Source: the human T2T-CHM13v2.0 reference genome, Homo sapiens. From it: a stretch of DNA of 64,000 nt. Shown one piece after another: positions 23,601 to 36,900 of this stretch. Location of the stretch: the NCBI RefSeq assembly GCF_009914755.1, contig NC_060943.1; one strand, given 5' to 3'. The position numbers and the translations under genes were made by a program. The first letter of the stretch is position 1. Every line of letters starts with the position of its first letter. The notes beneath the pieces were generated by a model that made no database searches, had not been told where the DNA came from, and worked only from the letters and a program-made list of their open reading frames with translations.

Positions 23601-26600
23601 TGATGTGTGCGTTCAACTCACAGAGTTTAACCTTTCTTTTCATAGAGCAGTTGGGAAACACTCTGTTTGTAAAGTCTGCAAGTGGATATTCAGACATCCT
23701 TGAGGCTTTCGTTGGAAACGGGATTTCTTCATATTCTGCTAGAAAGAAGAATTCTCAGTAACTTCCTTGTGTTGTGTGTATTCAACTCACCGAGTTGAAC
23801 GATCCTTTACACAGAGCAGACTTGAAACACTCTTTTTGTGGAATTTGCAAGTGGAGATTTCAGCCGCTTTGAGGTCAATGGTAGAATAGGAAATATCTTC
23901 CTATAGAAACTAGACAGAATGATTCTCAGAAACTCCTTTGTGATGTGTGCGTTCAACTCACACAGTTTAACCTTTCTTTTCATAGAGCAGTTAGGAAACA
24001 CTCTGTTTGTAAAGTCTGCAAGTGGATATTCAGACCTCCTTGAGGCCTTCGTTGGAAACGGGATTTCTTCATATTATGCTAGACAGAAGAATTCTCAGGA
24101 ACTTCCTTGTGTTGTGTGTATTCAACTCACAGAGTTGAACGATCCTTTACACAGAGCAGACTTGAAACACTCTTTTTGTGGAATTTGCAAGTGGAGATTT
24201 CAGCCGCTTTGAGTTCAATGGTAGAATAGGAAATATCTTCCTATAGAAAGTACACAGAATGATTCTCAGAAACTGCTTTGTGATGTGTGCGTTCAACTCA
24301 CAGAGTTCAACCTTTCTTTTCATAGAGCAGTTGGGAAACACTCTGTTTGTAAAGTCTGCAAGTGGATATTCAGACTTCTTTGAGGCCTTCGTTGGAAGCG
24401 GGATTTCTTCATATTCTGCTAGACAGAAGAATTCTCAGTAACTTCCTTGTGTTGTGTGTATTCAACTCACAGAGTTGAACGATCCTTTACACAGAGCAGA
24501 CTTGAAACACTCTTTTTGTGGAATTTGCAAGTGGAGATTTCAGCCGCTTTGAGGTCAATGGTAGAGTAGGAAATATCTTCCTATAGAAACTAGACAGAAT
24601 GATTCTCAGAAACTCCTTTGTGATGTGTGCGTTCAACTCACAGAGTTTAACCTTTCTTTTCATAGAGCAGTTGGGAAACACTCTGTTTGTAAAGTCTGCA
24701 AGTGGATATTCAGACATCCTTGAGGCTTTCGTTGGAAACGGGATTTCTTCATATTCTGCTAGAAAGAAGAATTCTCAGTAACTTCCTTGTGTTGTGTGTA
24801 TTCAACTCACAGAGTTGAACGATCCTTTACACAGAGCAGACTTGAAACACTCTTTTTGTGGAATTTGCAAGTGGAGATTTCAGCCGCTTTGAGTTCAATG
24901 GTAGAATAGGAAATATCTTCCTATAGAAACTAGACAGAATGATTCTCAGAAACTCCTTTGTGATGTGTGCGTTCAACTCACAGAGTTCAACCTTTCTTTT
25001 CATAGAGCAGTTGGGAAACACTCTGTTTGTAAAGTCTGCAAGTGGATATTCAGACTTCTTTGAGGCCTTCGTTGGAAGCGGGATTTCTTCATATTCTGCT
25101 AGACAGAAGAATTCTCAGTAACTGCCTTGTGTTGTGTGTATTCAACTCACAGAGTTGAACGATCCTTTACACAGAGCAGACTTGAAACACTCTTTTTGTG
25201 GAATTTGCAAGTGGAGATTTCAGCCGCTTTGAGGTCAATGGTAGAATAGGAAATATCTTCCTATAGAAACTAGACAGAATGATTCTCAGAAACTCCTTTG
25301 TGATGTGTGCGTTCAACTCACAGAGTTTAACCTTTCTTTTCATAGAGCAGTTAGGAAACACTCTGTTTGTAAAGTCTGCAAGTGGATATTCAGACCTCCT
25401 TGAGGCCTTCGTTGGAAACGGGATTTCTTCATATTATGCTAGACAGAAGAATTCTCAGTAACTTCCTTGTGTTGTGTGTATTCAACTCACAGAGTTGAAC
25501 GATCCTTTACACAGAGCAGACTTGAAACACTCTTTTTGTGGAATTTGCAAGTGGAGATTTCAGCCGCTTTGAGGTCAATGGTAGAATAGGAAATATCTTC
25601 CTATAGAAACTAGACAGAATGATTCTCAGAAACTCCTTTGTGATGTGTGCGTTCAACTCACAGAGTTCAACCTTTCTTTTCATAGAGCAGTTGGGAAACA
25701 CTCTGTTTGTAAAGTCTGCAAGTGGATATTCAGACTTCTTTGAGGCCTTCGTTGGAAGCGGGATTTCTTCATATTCTGCTAGACAGAAGAATTCTCAGTA
25801 ACTGCCTTGTGTTGTGTTTATTCAACTCACAGAGTTAAACGATCCTTTACACAGAGCAGACTTGAAACACTCTTTTTGTGGAATTTGCAAGTGGAGATTT
25901 CAGCCGCTTTGAGGTCAATGGTAGAATAGGAAATATCTTCCTATAGAAACTAGACAGAATGATTCTCAGAAACTCCTTTGTGATGCGTGCGTTCAACTCA
26001 CAGAGTTTAACCTTTCTTTTCATAGAGCAGTTAGGAAACACTCTGTTTGTAAAGTCTGCAAGTGGATATTCAGACATCCTTGAGGCTTTCGTTGGAAACG
26101 GGATTTCTTCATATTCTGCTAGAAAGAAGAATTCTCAGTAACTTCCTTGTGTTGTGTGTATTCAACTCACAGAGTTGAACGATCCTTTACACAGAGCAGA
26201 CTTGAAACACTCTTTTTGTGGAATTTGCAAGTGGAGATTTCAGCCGCTTTGAGGTCAATGGTAGAATAGGAAATATCTTCCTATAGAAACTAGACAGAAT
26301 GATTCTCAGAAACTCCTTTGTGATGTGTGCGTTCAACTCACAGAGTTTAACCTTTCTTTTCATAGAGCAGTTGGGAAACACTCTGTTTGTAAAGTCTGCA
26401 AGTGGATATTCAGACATCCTTGAGGCTTTCGTTGGAAACGGGATTTCTTCATATTCTGCTAGAAAGAAGAATTCTCAGTAACTTCCTTGTGTTGTGTGTA
26501 TTCAACTCACCGAGTTGAACGATCCTTTACACAGAGCAGACTTGAAACACTCTTTTTGTGGAATTTGCAAGTGGAGATTTCAGCCGCTTTGAGGTCAATG

Positions 26601-29600
26601 GTAGAATAGGAAATATCTTCCTATAGAAACTAGACAGAATGATTCTCAGAAACTCCTTTGTGATGTGTGCGTTCAACTCACACAGTTTAACCTTTCTTTT
26701 CATAGAGCAGTTAGGAAACACTCTGTTTGTAAAGTCTGCAAGTGGATATTCAGACCTCCTTGAGGCCTTCGTTGGAAACGGGATTTCTTCATATTATGCT
26801 AGACAGAAGAATTCTCAGGAACTTCCTTGTGTTGTGTGTATTCAACTCACAGAGTTGAACGATCCTTTACACAGAGCAGACTTGAAACACTCTTTTTGTG
26901 GAATTTGCAAGTGGAGATTTCAGCCGCTTTGAGTTCAATGGTAGAATAGGAAATATCTTCCTATAGAAAGTACACAGAATGATTCTCAGAAACTGCTTTG
27001 TGATGTGTGCGTTCAACTCACAGAGTTCAACCTTTCTTTTCATAGAGCAGTTGGGAAACACTCTGTTTGTAAAGTCTGCAAGTGGATATTCAGACTTCTT
27101 TGAGGCCTTCGTTGGAAGCGGGATTTCTTCATATTCTGCTAGACAGAAGAATTCTCAGTAACTTCCTTGTGTTGTGTGTATTCAACTCACAGAGTTGAAC
27201 GATCCTTTACACAGAGCAGACTTGAAACACTCTTTTTGTGGAATTTGCAAGTGGAGATTTCAGCCGCTTTGAGGTCAATGGTAGAATAGGAAATATCTTC
27301 CTATAGAAACTAGACAGAATGATTCTCAGAAACTCCTTTGTGATGTGTGCATTCAACTCACAGAGTTCAACCTTTCTTTTCATAGAGCAGTTGGGAAACA
27401 CTCTGTTTGTAAAGTCTGCAAGTGGATATTCAGACTTCTTTGAGGCCTTCGTTGGAAGCGGGATTTCTTCATATTCTGCTAGACAGAAGAATTCTCAGTA
27501 ACTGCCTTGTGTTGTGTGTATTCAACTCACAGAGTTGAACGATCCTTTACACAGAGCAGACTTGAAACACTCTTTTTGTGGAATTTGCAAGTGGAGATTT
27601 CAGCCGCTTTGAGGTCAATGGTAGAATAGGAAATATCTTCCTATAGAAACTAGACAGAATGATTCTCAGAAACTCCTTTGTGATGTGTGCGTTCAACTCA
27701 CAGAGTTTAACCTTTCTTTTCATAGAGCAGTTAGGAAACACTCTGTTTGTAAAGTCTGCAAGTGGATATTCAGACCTCCTTGAGGCCTTCGTTGGAAACG
27801 GGTTTTCTTCATATTATGCTAGACAGAAGAATTCTCAGTAACTTCCTTGTGTTGTGTGTATTCAACTCACAGAGTTGAACGATCCTTTACACAGAGCAGA
27901 CTTGAAACACTCTTTTTGTGGAATTTGCAAGTGGAGATTTCAGCCGCTTTGAGGTCAATGGTAGAATAGGAAATATCTTCCTATAGAAACTAGACAGAAT
28001 GATTCTCAGAAACTCCTTTGTGATGTGTGCGTTCAACTCACAGAGTTCAACCTTTCTTTTCATAGAGCAGTTGGGAAACACTCTGTTTGTAAAGTCTGCA
28101 AGTGGATATTCAGACTTCTTTGAGGCCTTCGTTGGAAGCGGGATTTCTTCATATTCTGCTAGACAGAAGAATTCTCAGTAACTGCCTTGTGTTGTGTGTA
28201 TTCAACTCACAGAGTTGAACGATCCTTTACACAGAGCAGACTTGAAACACTCTTTTTGTGGAATTTGCAAGTGGAGATTTCAGCCGCTTTGAGGTCAATG
28301 GTAGAATAGGAAATATCTTCCTATAGAAACTAGACAGAATGATTCTCAGAAACTCCTTTGTGATGTGTGCGTTCAACTCACAGAGTTTACCCTTTCTTTT
28401 CATAGAGCAGTTAGGAAACACTCTGTTTGTAAAGTCTGCAAGTGGATATTCAGACATCCTTGAGGCTTTCGTTGGAAACGGGATTTCTTCATATTCTGCC
28501 AGAAAGAAGAATTCTCAGTAACTTCCTTGTGTTGTGTGTATTCAACTCACAGAGTTGAACGATCCTTTACACAGAGCAGACTTGAAACACTCTTTTTGTG
28601 GAATTTGCAAGTGGAGATTTCAGCCGCTTTGAGGTCAATGGTAGAATAGGAAATATCTTCCTATAGAAACTAGACAGAATGATTCTCAGAAACTCCTTTG
28701 TGATGTGTGCGTTCAACTCACAGAGTTTAACCTTTCTTTTCATAGAGCAGTTAGGAAACACTCTGTTTGTAAAGTCTGCAAGTGGATATTCAGACCTCCT
28801 TGAGGCCTTCGTTGGAAACGGGATTTCTTCATATTATGCTAGACAGAAGAATTCTCAGGAACTTCCTTGTGTTGTGTGTATTCAACTCACAGAGTTGAAC
28901 GATCCTTTACACAGAGCAGACTTGAAACACTCTTTTTGTGGAATTTGCAAGTGGAGATTTCAGCCGCTTTGAGTTCAATGGTAGAATAGGAAATATCTTC
29001 CTATAGAAAGTACACAGAATGATTCTCAGAAACTGCTTTGTGATGTGTGCGTTCAACTCACAGAGTTCAACCTTTCTTTTCATAGAGCAGTTGGGAAACA
29101 CTCTGTTTGTAAAGTCTGCAAGTGGATATTCAGACTTCTTTGAGGCCTTCGTTGGAAGCGGGATTTCTTCATATTCTGCTAGACAGAAGAATTCTCAGTA
29201 ACTTCCTTGTGTTGTGTGTATTCAACTCACAGAGTTGAACGATCCTTTACACAGAGCAGACTTGAAACACTCTTTTTGTGGAATTTGCAAGTGGAGATTT
29301 CAGCCGCTTTGAGGTCAATGGTAGAATAGGAAATATCTTCCTATAGAAACTAGACAGAATGATTCTCAGAAACTCCTTTGTGATGTGTGCGTTCAACTCA
29401 CAGAGTTCAACCTTTCTTTTCATAGAGCAGTTGGGAAACACTCTGTTTGTAAAGTCTGCAAGTGGATATTCAGACTTCTTTGAGGCCTTCGTTGGAAGCG
29501 GGATTTCTTCATGTTCTGCTAGACAGAAGAATTCTCAGAAACTTCCTTGTGTTGTGTGTTTTCAACTCACAGAGTTGAACGATCCTTTACACAGAGCAGA

Positions 29601-30939
29601 CTTGAAACACTCCTTTTGTGGAATTTGCAAGTGGAGATTTCAGCCGCTTTGAGGTCAATGGTAGAATAGGAAATATCTTCCTATAGAAAGTAGACAGAAT
29701 GATTCTCAGAAACTCCTTTGTGATGTGTGCGTTCAACTCACAGAGTTTAACCTTTCTTTTCATAGAGCAGTTAGGAAACACTCTGTTTGTAAAGTCTGCA
29801 AGTGGATATTCAGACCTCCTTGAGGCCTTCGTTGGAAACAGGATTTCTTCATATTCTGCTAGACAGAAGAATTCTCAGTAACTTCCTTGTGTTGTGTGTA
29901 TTCAACTCACAGAGTTGAACGATCCTTTACACAGAGCAGACTTGAAACACTCTTTTTGTGGAATTTGCAAGTGGAGATTTCAGCCGCTTTGAGGTCAATG
30001 GTAGAATAGGAAATATCTTCCTATAGAAACTAGACAGAATGATTCTCAGAAACTCCTTTGTGATGTGTGCGTTCAACTCACAGAGTTCAACCTTTCTTTT
30101 CATAGAGCAGTTGGGAAACACTCTGTTTGTAAAGTCTGCAAGTGGATATTCAGACTTCTTTGAGGCCTTCGTTGGAAGCGGGATTTCTTCATATTCTGCT
30201 AGACAGAAGAATTCTCAGTAACTGCCTTGTGTTGTGTGTATTCAACTCACAGAGTTGAACGATCCTTTACACAGAGCAGACTTGAAACACTCTTTTTGTG
30301 GAATATGCAAGTGGAGATTTCAGCCGCTTTGAGGTCAATGGTACAATAGGAAATACCTTCCTATAGAAACTAGACAGAATGATTCTCAGAAACTCCTTTG
30401 TGATGTGTGCGTTCAACTCACAGAGTTTACCCTTTCTTTTCATAGAGCAGTTAGGAAACACTCTGTTTGTAAAGTCTGCAAGTGGATATTCAGACATCCT
30501 TGAGGCTTTCGTTGGAAACGGGATTTCTTCATATTCTGCCAGAAAGAAGAATTCTCAGTAACTTCCTTGTGTTGTGTGTATTCAACTCACAGAGTTGAAC
30601 GATCCTTTACACAGAGCAGACTTGAAACACTCTTTTTGTGGAATTTGCAAGTGGAGATTTCAGCCGCTTTGAGGTCAATGGTAGAATAGGAAATATCTTC
30701 CTATAGAAACTAGACAGAATGATTCTCAGAAACTCCTTTGTGATGTGTGCGTTCAACTCACAGAGTTTAACCTTTCTTTTCATAGAGCAGTTAGGAAACA
30801 CTCTGTTTGTAAAGTCTGCAAGTGGATATTCAGACATCCTTGAGGCTTTCGTTGGAAACGGGATTTCTTCATGTTCTGCTAGAAAGAAGAATTCCCAGTA
30901 ACTTCCTTGTGTTGTGTGTATTCAACTCACAGAGTTGAA

Positions 30940-33900
30940 CGATCCTTTACACAGAGCAGACTTGAAACACTCTTTTTGTGGAATTTGCAAGTGGAGATTT
31001 CAGCCGCTTTGAGGTCAATGGTAGAATAGGAAATATCTTCCTATAGAAACTAGACAGAATGATTCTCAGAAACTCCTTTGTGATGTGTGCGTTCAACTCA
31101 CACAGTTTAAACTTTCTTTTCATAGAGCAGTTAGGAAACACTCTGTTTGTAAAGTCTGCAAGTGGATATTCAGACCTCCTTGAGGCCTTCGTTGGAAACG
31201 GGATTTCTTCATATTATGCTAGACAGAAGAATTCTCAGGAACTTCCTTGTGTTGTGTGTATTCAACTCACAGAGTTGAACGATCCTTTACACAGAGCAGA
31301 CTTGAAACACTCTTTTTGTGGAATTTGCAAGTGGAGATTTCAGCCGCTTTGAGTTCAATGGTAGAATAGGAAATATCTTCCTATAGAAAGTACACAGAAT
31401 GATTCTCAGAAACTGCTTTGTGATGTGTGCGTTCAACTCACAGAGTTCAACCTTTCTTTTCATAGAGCAGTTGGGAAACACTCTGTTTGTAAAGTCTGCA
31501 AGTGGATATTCAGACTTCTTTGAGGCCTTCGTTGGAAGCGGGATTTCTTCATATTCTGCTAGACAGAAGAATTCTCAGTAACTTCCTTGTGTTGTGTGTA
31601 TTCAACTCACAGAGTTGAACGATCCTTTACACAGAGCAGACTTGAAACACTCTTTTTGTGGAATTTGCAAGTGGAGATTTCAGCCGCTTTGAGGTCAATG
31701 GTAGAATAGGAAATAACTTCCTATAGAAACTAGACAGAATGATTCTCAGAAACTCCTTTGTGATGTGTGCGTTCAACTCACAGAGTTCAACCTTTCTTTT
31801 CATAGAGCAGTTGGGAAACACTCTGTTTGTAAAGTCTGCAAGTGGATATTCAGACTTCTTTGAGGCCTTCGTTGGAAGCGGGATTTCTTCATGTTCTGCT
31901 AGACAGAAGAATTCTCAGAAACTTCCTTGTGTTGTGTGTTTTCAACTCACAGAGTTGAACGATCCTTTACACAGAGCAGACTTGAAACACTCCTTTTGTG
32001 GAATTTGCAAGTGGAGATTTCAGCGGCTTTGAGGTCAATGGTAGAATAGGAAATATCTTCCTATAGAAAGTAGACAGAATGATTCTCAGAAACTCCTTTG
32101 TGATGTGTGCGTTCAACTCACAGAGTTTAACCTTTCTTTTCATAGAGCAGTTAGGAAACACTCTGTTTGTAAAGTCTGCAAGTGGATATTCAGACCTCCT
32201 TGAGGCCTTCGTTGGAAACAGGATTTCTTCATATTCTGCTAGACAGAAGAATTCTCAGTAACTTCCTTGTGTTGTGTGTATTCAACTCACAGAGTTGAAC
32301 GATCCTTTACACAGAGCAGACTTGAAACACTCTTTTTGTGGAATTTGCAAGTGGAGATTTCAGCCGCTTTGAGTTCAATGGTAGAATAGGAAATATCTTC
32401 CTATAGAAACTAGACAGAATGATTCTCATAACTCCTTTGTGATGTGTGCGTTCAACTCACAGAGTTCAACCTTTCTTTTCATAGAGCAGTTGGGAAACAC
32501 TCTGTTTGTAAAGTCTGCAAGTGGATATTCAGACTTCTTTGAGGCCTTCGTTGGAAGCGGGATTTCTTCATATTCTGCTAGACAGAAGAATTCTCAGTAA
32601 CTGCCTTGTGTTGTGTGTATTCAACTCACAGAGTTGAACGATCCTTTACACAGAGAAGACTTGAAACACTCTTTTTGTGGAATTTGCAAGTGGAGATTTC
32701 AGCCGCTGTGAGGTCAATGGTAGAATAGGAAATATCTTCCTATAGAAACTAGACAGAATGATTCTCAGAAACTCCTTTGTGATGTGTGCGTTCAACTCAC
32801 AGAGTTCAACCTTTCTTTTCATAGAGCAGTTGGGAAACACTCTGTTTGTAAAGTCTGCAAGTGGATATTCAGACTTCTTTGAGGCCTTCGTTGGAAGCGG
32901 GATTTCTTCATATTCTGCTAGACAGAAGAATTCTCAGTAACTGCCTTGTGTTGTGTGTATTCAACTCACAGAGTTGAACGATCCTTTACACAGAGCAGAC
33001 TTGAAACACTCTTTTTGTGGAATTTGCAAGTGGAGATTTCAGCCGCTTTGAGGTCAATGGTAGAATAGGAAATATCTTCCTATAGAAACTAGACAGAATG
33101 ATTCTCAGAAACTCCTTTGGGATGTGTGCGTTCAACTCACAGAGTTTAACCTTTCTTTTCATAGAGCAGTTAGGAAACACTCTGTTTGTAAAGTCTGCAA
33201 GTGGATATTCAGACATCCTTGAGGCTTTCGTTGGAAACGGGATTTCTTCATATTCTGCTAGAAAGAAGAATTCTCAGTAACTTCCTTGTGTTGTGTGTAT
33301 TCAACTCACAGAGTTGAACGATCCTTTACACAGAGCAGACTTGAAACACTCTTTTTGTGGAACTTGCAAGTGGAGATTTCAGCCGCTTTGAGGTCAATGG
33401 TAGAATAGGAAATATCTTCCTATAGAAACTAGACAGAATGATTCTCAGAAACTCCTTTGTGATGTGTGCGTTCAACTCACAGAGTTTAACCTTTCTTTTC
33501 ATAGAGCAGTTGGGAAACACTCTGTTTGTAAAGTCTGCAAGTGGATATTCAGACATCCTTGAGGCTTTCGTTGGAAAAGGGATTTCTTCATATTCTGCTA
33601 GAAAGAAGAATTCTCAGTAACTTCCTTGTGTTGTGTGTTTTCAACTCACAGAGTTGAACGATCCTTTACACAGAGCAGACTTGAAACACTCCTTTTGTGG
33701 AATTTGCAAGTGGAGATTTCAGCCGCTTTGAGGTCAATGGTAGAATAGGAAATATCTTCCTATAGAAACTAGACAGAATGATTCTCAGAAACTCCTTTGT
33801 GATGTGTGCGTTCAACTCACAGAGTTCAACCTTTCTTTTCATAGAGCAGTTGGGAAACACTCTGTTTGTAAAGTCTGCAAGTGGATATTCAGACTTCTTT

Positions 33901-36900
33901 GAGGCCTTCGTTGGAAGCGGGATTTCTTCATGTTCTGCTAGACAGAAGAATTCTCAGAAACTTCCTTGTGTTGTGTGTTTTCAACTCACAGAGTTGAACG
34001 ATCCTTTACACAGAGCAGACTTGAAACACTCCTTTTGTGGAATTTGCAAGTGGAGATTTCAGCCGCTTTGAGGTCAATGGTAGAATAGGAAATATCTTCC
34101 TATAGAAACTAGACAGAATGATTCTCATAACTCCTTTGTGATGTGTGCGTTCAACTCACAGAGTTCAACCTTTCTTTTCATAGAGCAGTTGGGAAACACT
34201 CTGTTTGTAAAGTCTGCAAGTGGATATTCAGTCTTCTTTGAGGCCTTCGTTGGAAGCGGGATTTCTTCATATTCTGCTAGACAGAAGAATTCTCAGTAAC
34301 TGCCTTGTGTTGTGTGTATTCAACTCACAGAGTTGAACGATCCTTTACACAGAGCAGACTTGAAACACTCTTTTTGTGGAATTTGCAAGTGGAGATTTCA
34401 GCCGCTTTGAAGTCAATGGTAGAATAGGAAATATCTTCCTATAGAAACTAGACAGAATGATTCTCAGAAACTCCTTTGTGATGTGTGCGTTCAACTCACA
34501 GAGTTTAACCTTTCTTTTCATAGAGCAGTTAGGAAACACTCTGTTTGTAAAGTCTGCAAGTGGATATTCAGACCTCCTTGAGGCCTTCGTTGGAAACGGG
34601 ATTTCTTCATATTATGCTAGACAGAAGAATTCTCAGGAACTTCCTTGTGTTGTGTGTATTCAACTCACAGAGTTGAACGATCCTTTACACAGAGCAGACT
34701 TGAAACACTCTTTTTGTGGAATTTGCAAGTGGAGATTTCAGCCGCTTTGAGTTCAATGGTAGAATAGGAAATATCTTCCTATAGAAAGTACACAGAATGA
34801 TTCTCAGAAACTGCTTTGTGATGTGTGCGTTCAACTCACAGAGTTCAACCTTTCTTTTCATAGAGCAGTTGGGAAACACTCTGTTTGTAAAGTCTGCAAG
34901 TGGATATTCAGACTTCTTTGAGGCCTTCGTTGGAAGCGGGATTTCTTCATATTCTGCTAGACAGAAGAATTCTCAGTAACTTCCTTGTGTTGTGTGTATT
35001 CAACTCACAGAGTTGAACGATCCTTTACACACAGCAGACTTGAAACACTCTTTTTGTGGAATTTGCAAGTGGAGATTTCAGCCGCTTTGAGGTCAATGGT
35101 AGAATAGGAAATATCTTCCTATAGAAACTAGACAGAATGATTCTCAGAAACTCCTTTGTGATGTGTGCGTTCAACTCACAGAGTTCAACCTTTCTTTTCA
35201 TAGAGCAGTTGGGAAACACTCTGTTTGTAAAGTCTGCAAGTGGATATTCAGACTTCTTTGAGGCCTTCGTTGGAAGCGGGATTTCTTCATGTTCTGCTAG
35301 ACAGAAGAATTCTCAGAAACTTCCTTGTGTTGTGTGTTTTCAACTCACAGAGTTGAACGATCCTTTACACAGAGCAGACTTGAAACACTCCTTTTGTGGA
35401 ATTTGCAAGTGGAGATTTCAGCGGCTTTGAGGTCAATGGTAGAATAGGAAATATCTTCCTATAGAAAGTAGACAGAATGATTCTCAGAAACTCCTTTGTG
35501 ATGTGTGCGTTCAACTCACAGAGTTTAACCTTTCTTTTCATAGAGCAGTTAGGAAACACTCTGTTTGTAAAGTCTGCAAGTGGATATTCAGACCTCCTTG
35601 AGGCCTTCGTTGGAAACAGGATTTCTTCATATTCTGCTAGACAGAAGAATTCTCAGTAACTTCTTTGTGTTGTGTGTATTCAACTCACAGAGTTGAACGA
35701 TCCTTTACACAGAGCAGACTTGAAACACTCTTTTTGTGGAATTTGCAAGTGGAGATTTCAGCCGCTTTGAGTTCAATGGTAGAATAGGAAATATCTTCCT
35801 ATAGAAACTAGACAGAATGATTCTCATAACTCCTTTGTGATGTGTGCGTTCAACTCACAGAGTTCAACCTTTCTTTTCATAGAGCAGTTGGGAAACACTC
35901 TGTTTGTAAAGTCTGCAAGTGGATATTCAGACTTCTTTGAGGCCTTCGTTGGAAGCGGGATTTCTTCATATTCTGCTAGACAGAAGAATTCTCAGTAACT
36001 GCCTTGTGTTGTGTGTATTCAACTCACAGAGTTGAACGATCCTTTACACAGAGAAGACTTGAAACACTCTTTTTGTGGAATTTGCAAGTGGAGATTTCAG
36101 CCGCTGTGAGGTCAATGGTAGAATAGGAAATATCTTCCTATAGAAACTAGACAGAATGATTCTCAGAAACTCCTTTGTGATGTGTGCGTTCAACTCACAG
36201 AGTTCAACCTTTCTTTTCATAGAGCAGTTGGGAAACACTCTGTTTGTAAAGTCTGCAAGTGGATATTCAGACTTCTTTGAGGCCTTCGTTGGAAGCGGGA
36301 TTTCTTCATATTCTGCTAGACAGAAGAATTCTCAGTAACTGCCTTGTGTTGTGTGTATTCAACTCACAGAGTTGAACGATCCTTTACACAGAGCAGACTT
36401 GAAACACTCTTTTTGTGGAATTTGCAAGTGGAGATTTCAGCCGCTTTGAGGTCAATGGTAGAATAGGAAATATCTTCCTATAGAAACTAGACAGAATGAT
36501 TCTCAGAAACTCCTTTGGGATGTGTGCGTTCAACTCACAGAGTTTAACCTTTCTTTTCATAGAGCAGTTAGGAAACACTCTGTTTGTAAAGTCTGCAAGT
36601 GGATATTCAGACATCCTTGAGGCTTTCGTTGGAAACGGGATTTCTTCATATTCTGCTAGAAAGAAGAATTCTCAGTAACTTCCTTGTGTTGTGTGTATTC
36701 AACTCACAGAGTTGAACGATCCTTTACACAGAGCAGACTTGAAACACTCTTTTTGTGGAACTTGCAAGTGGAGATTTCAGCCGCTTTGAGGTCAATGGTA
36801 GAATAGGAAATATCTTCCTATAGAAACTAGACAGAATGATTCTCAGAAACTCCTTTGTGATGTGTGCGTTCAACTCACAGAGTTTAACCTTTCTTTTCAT

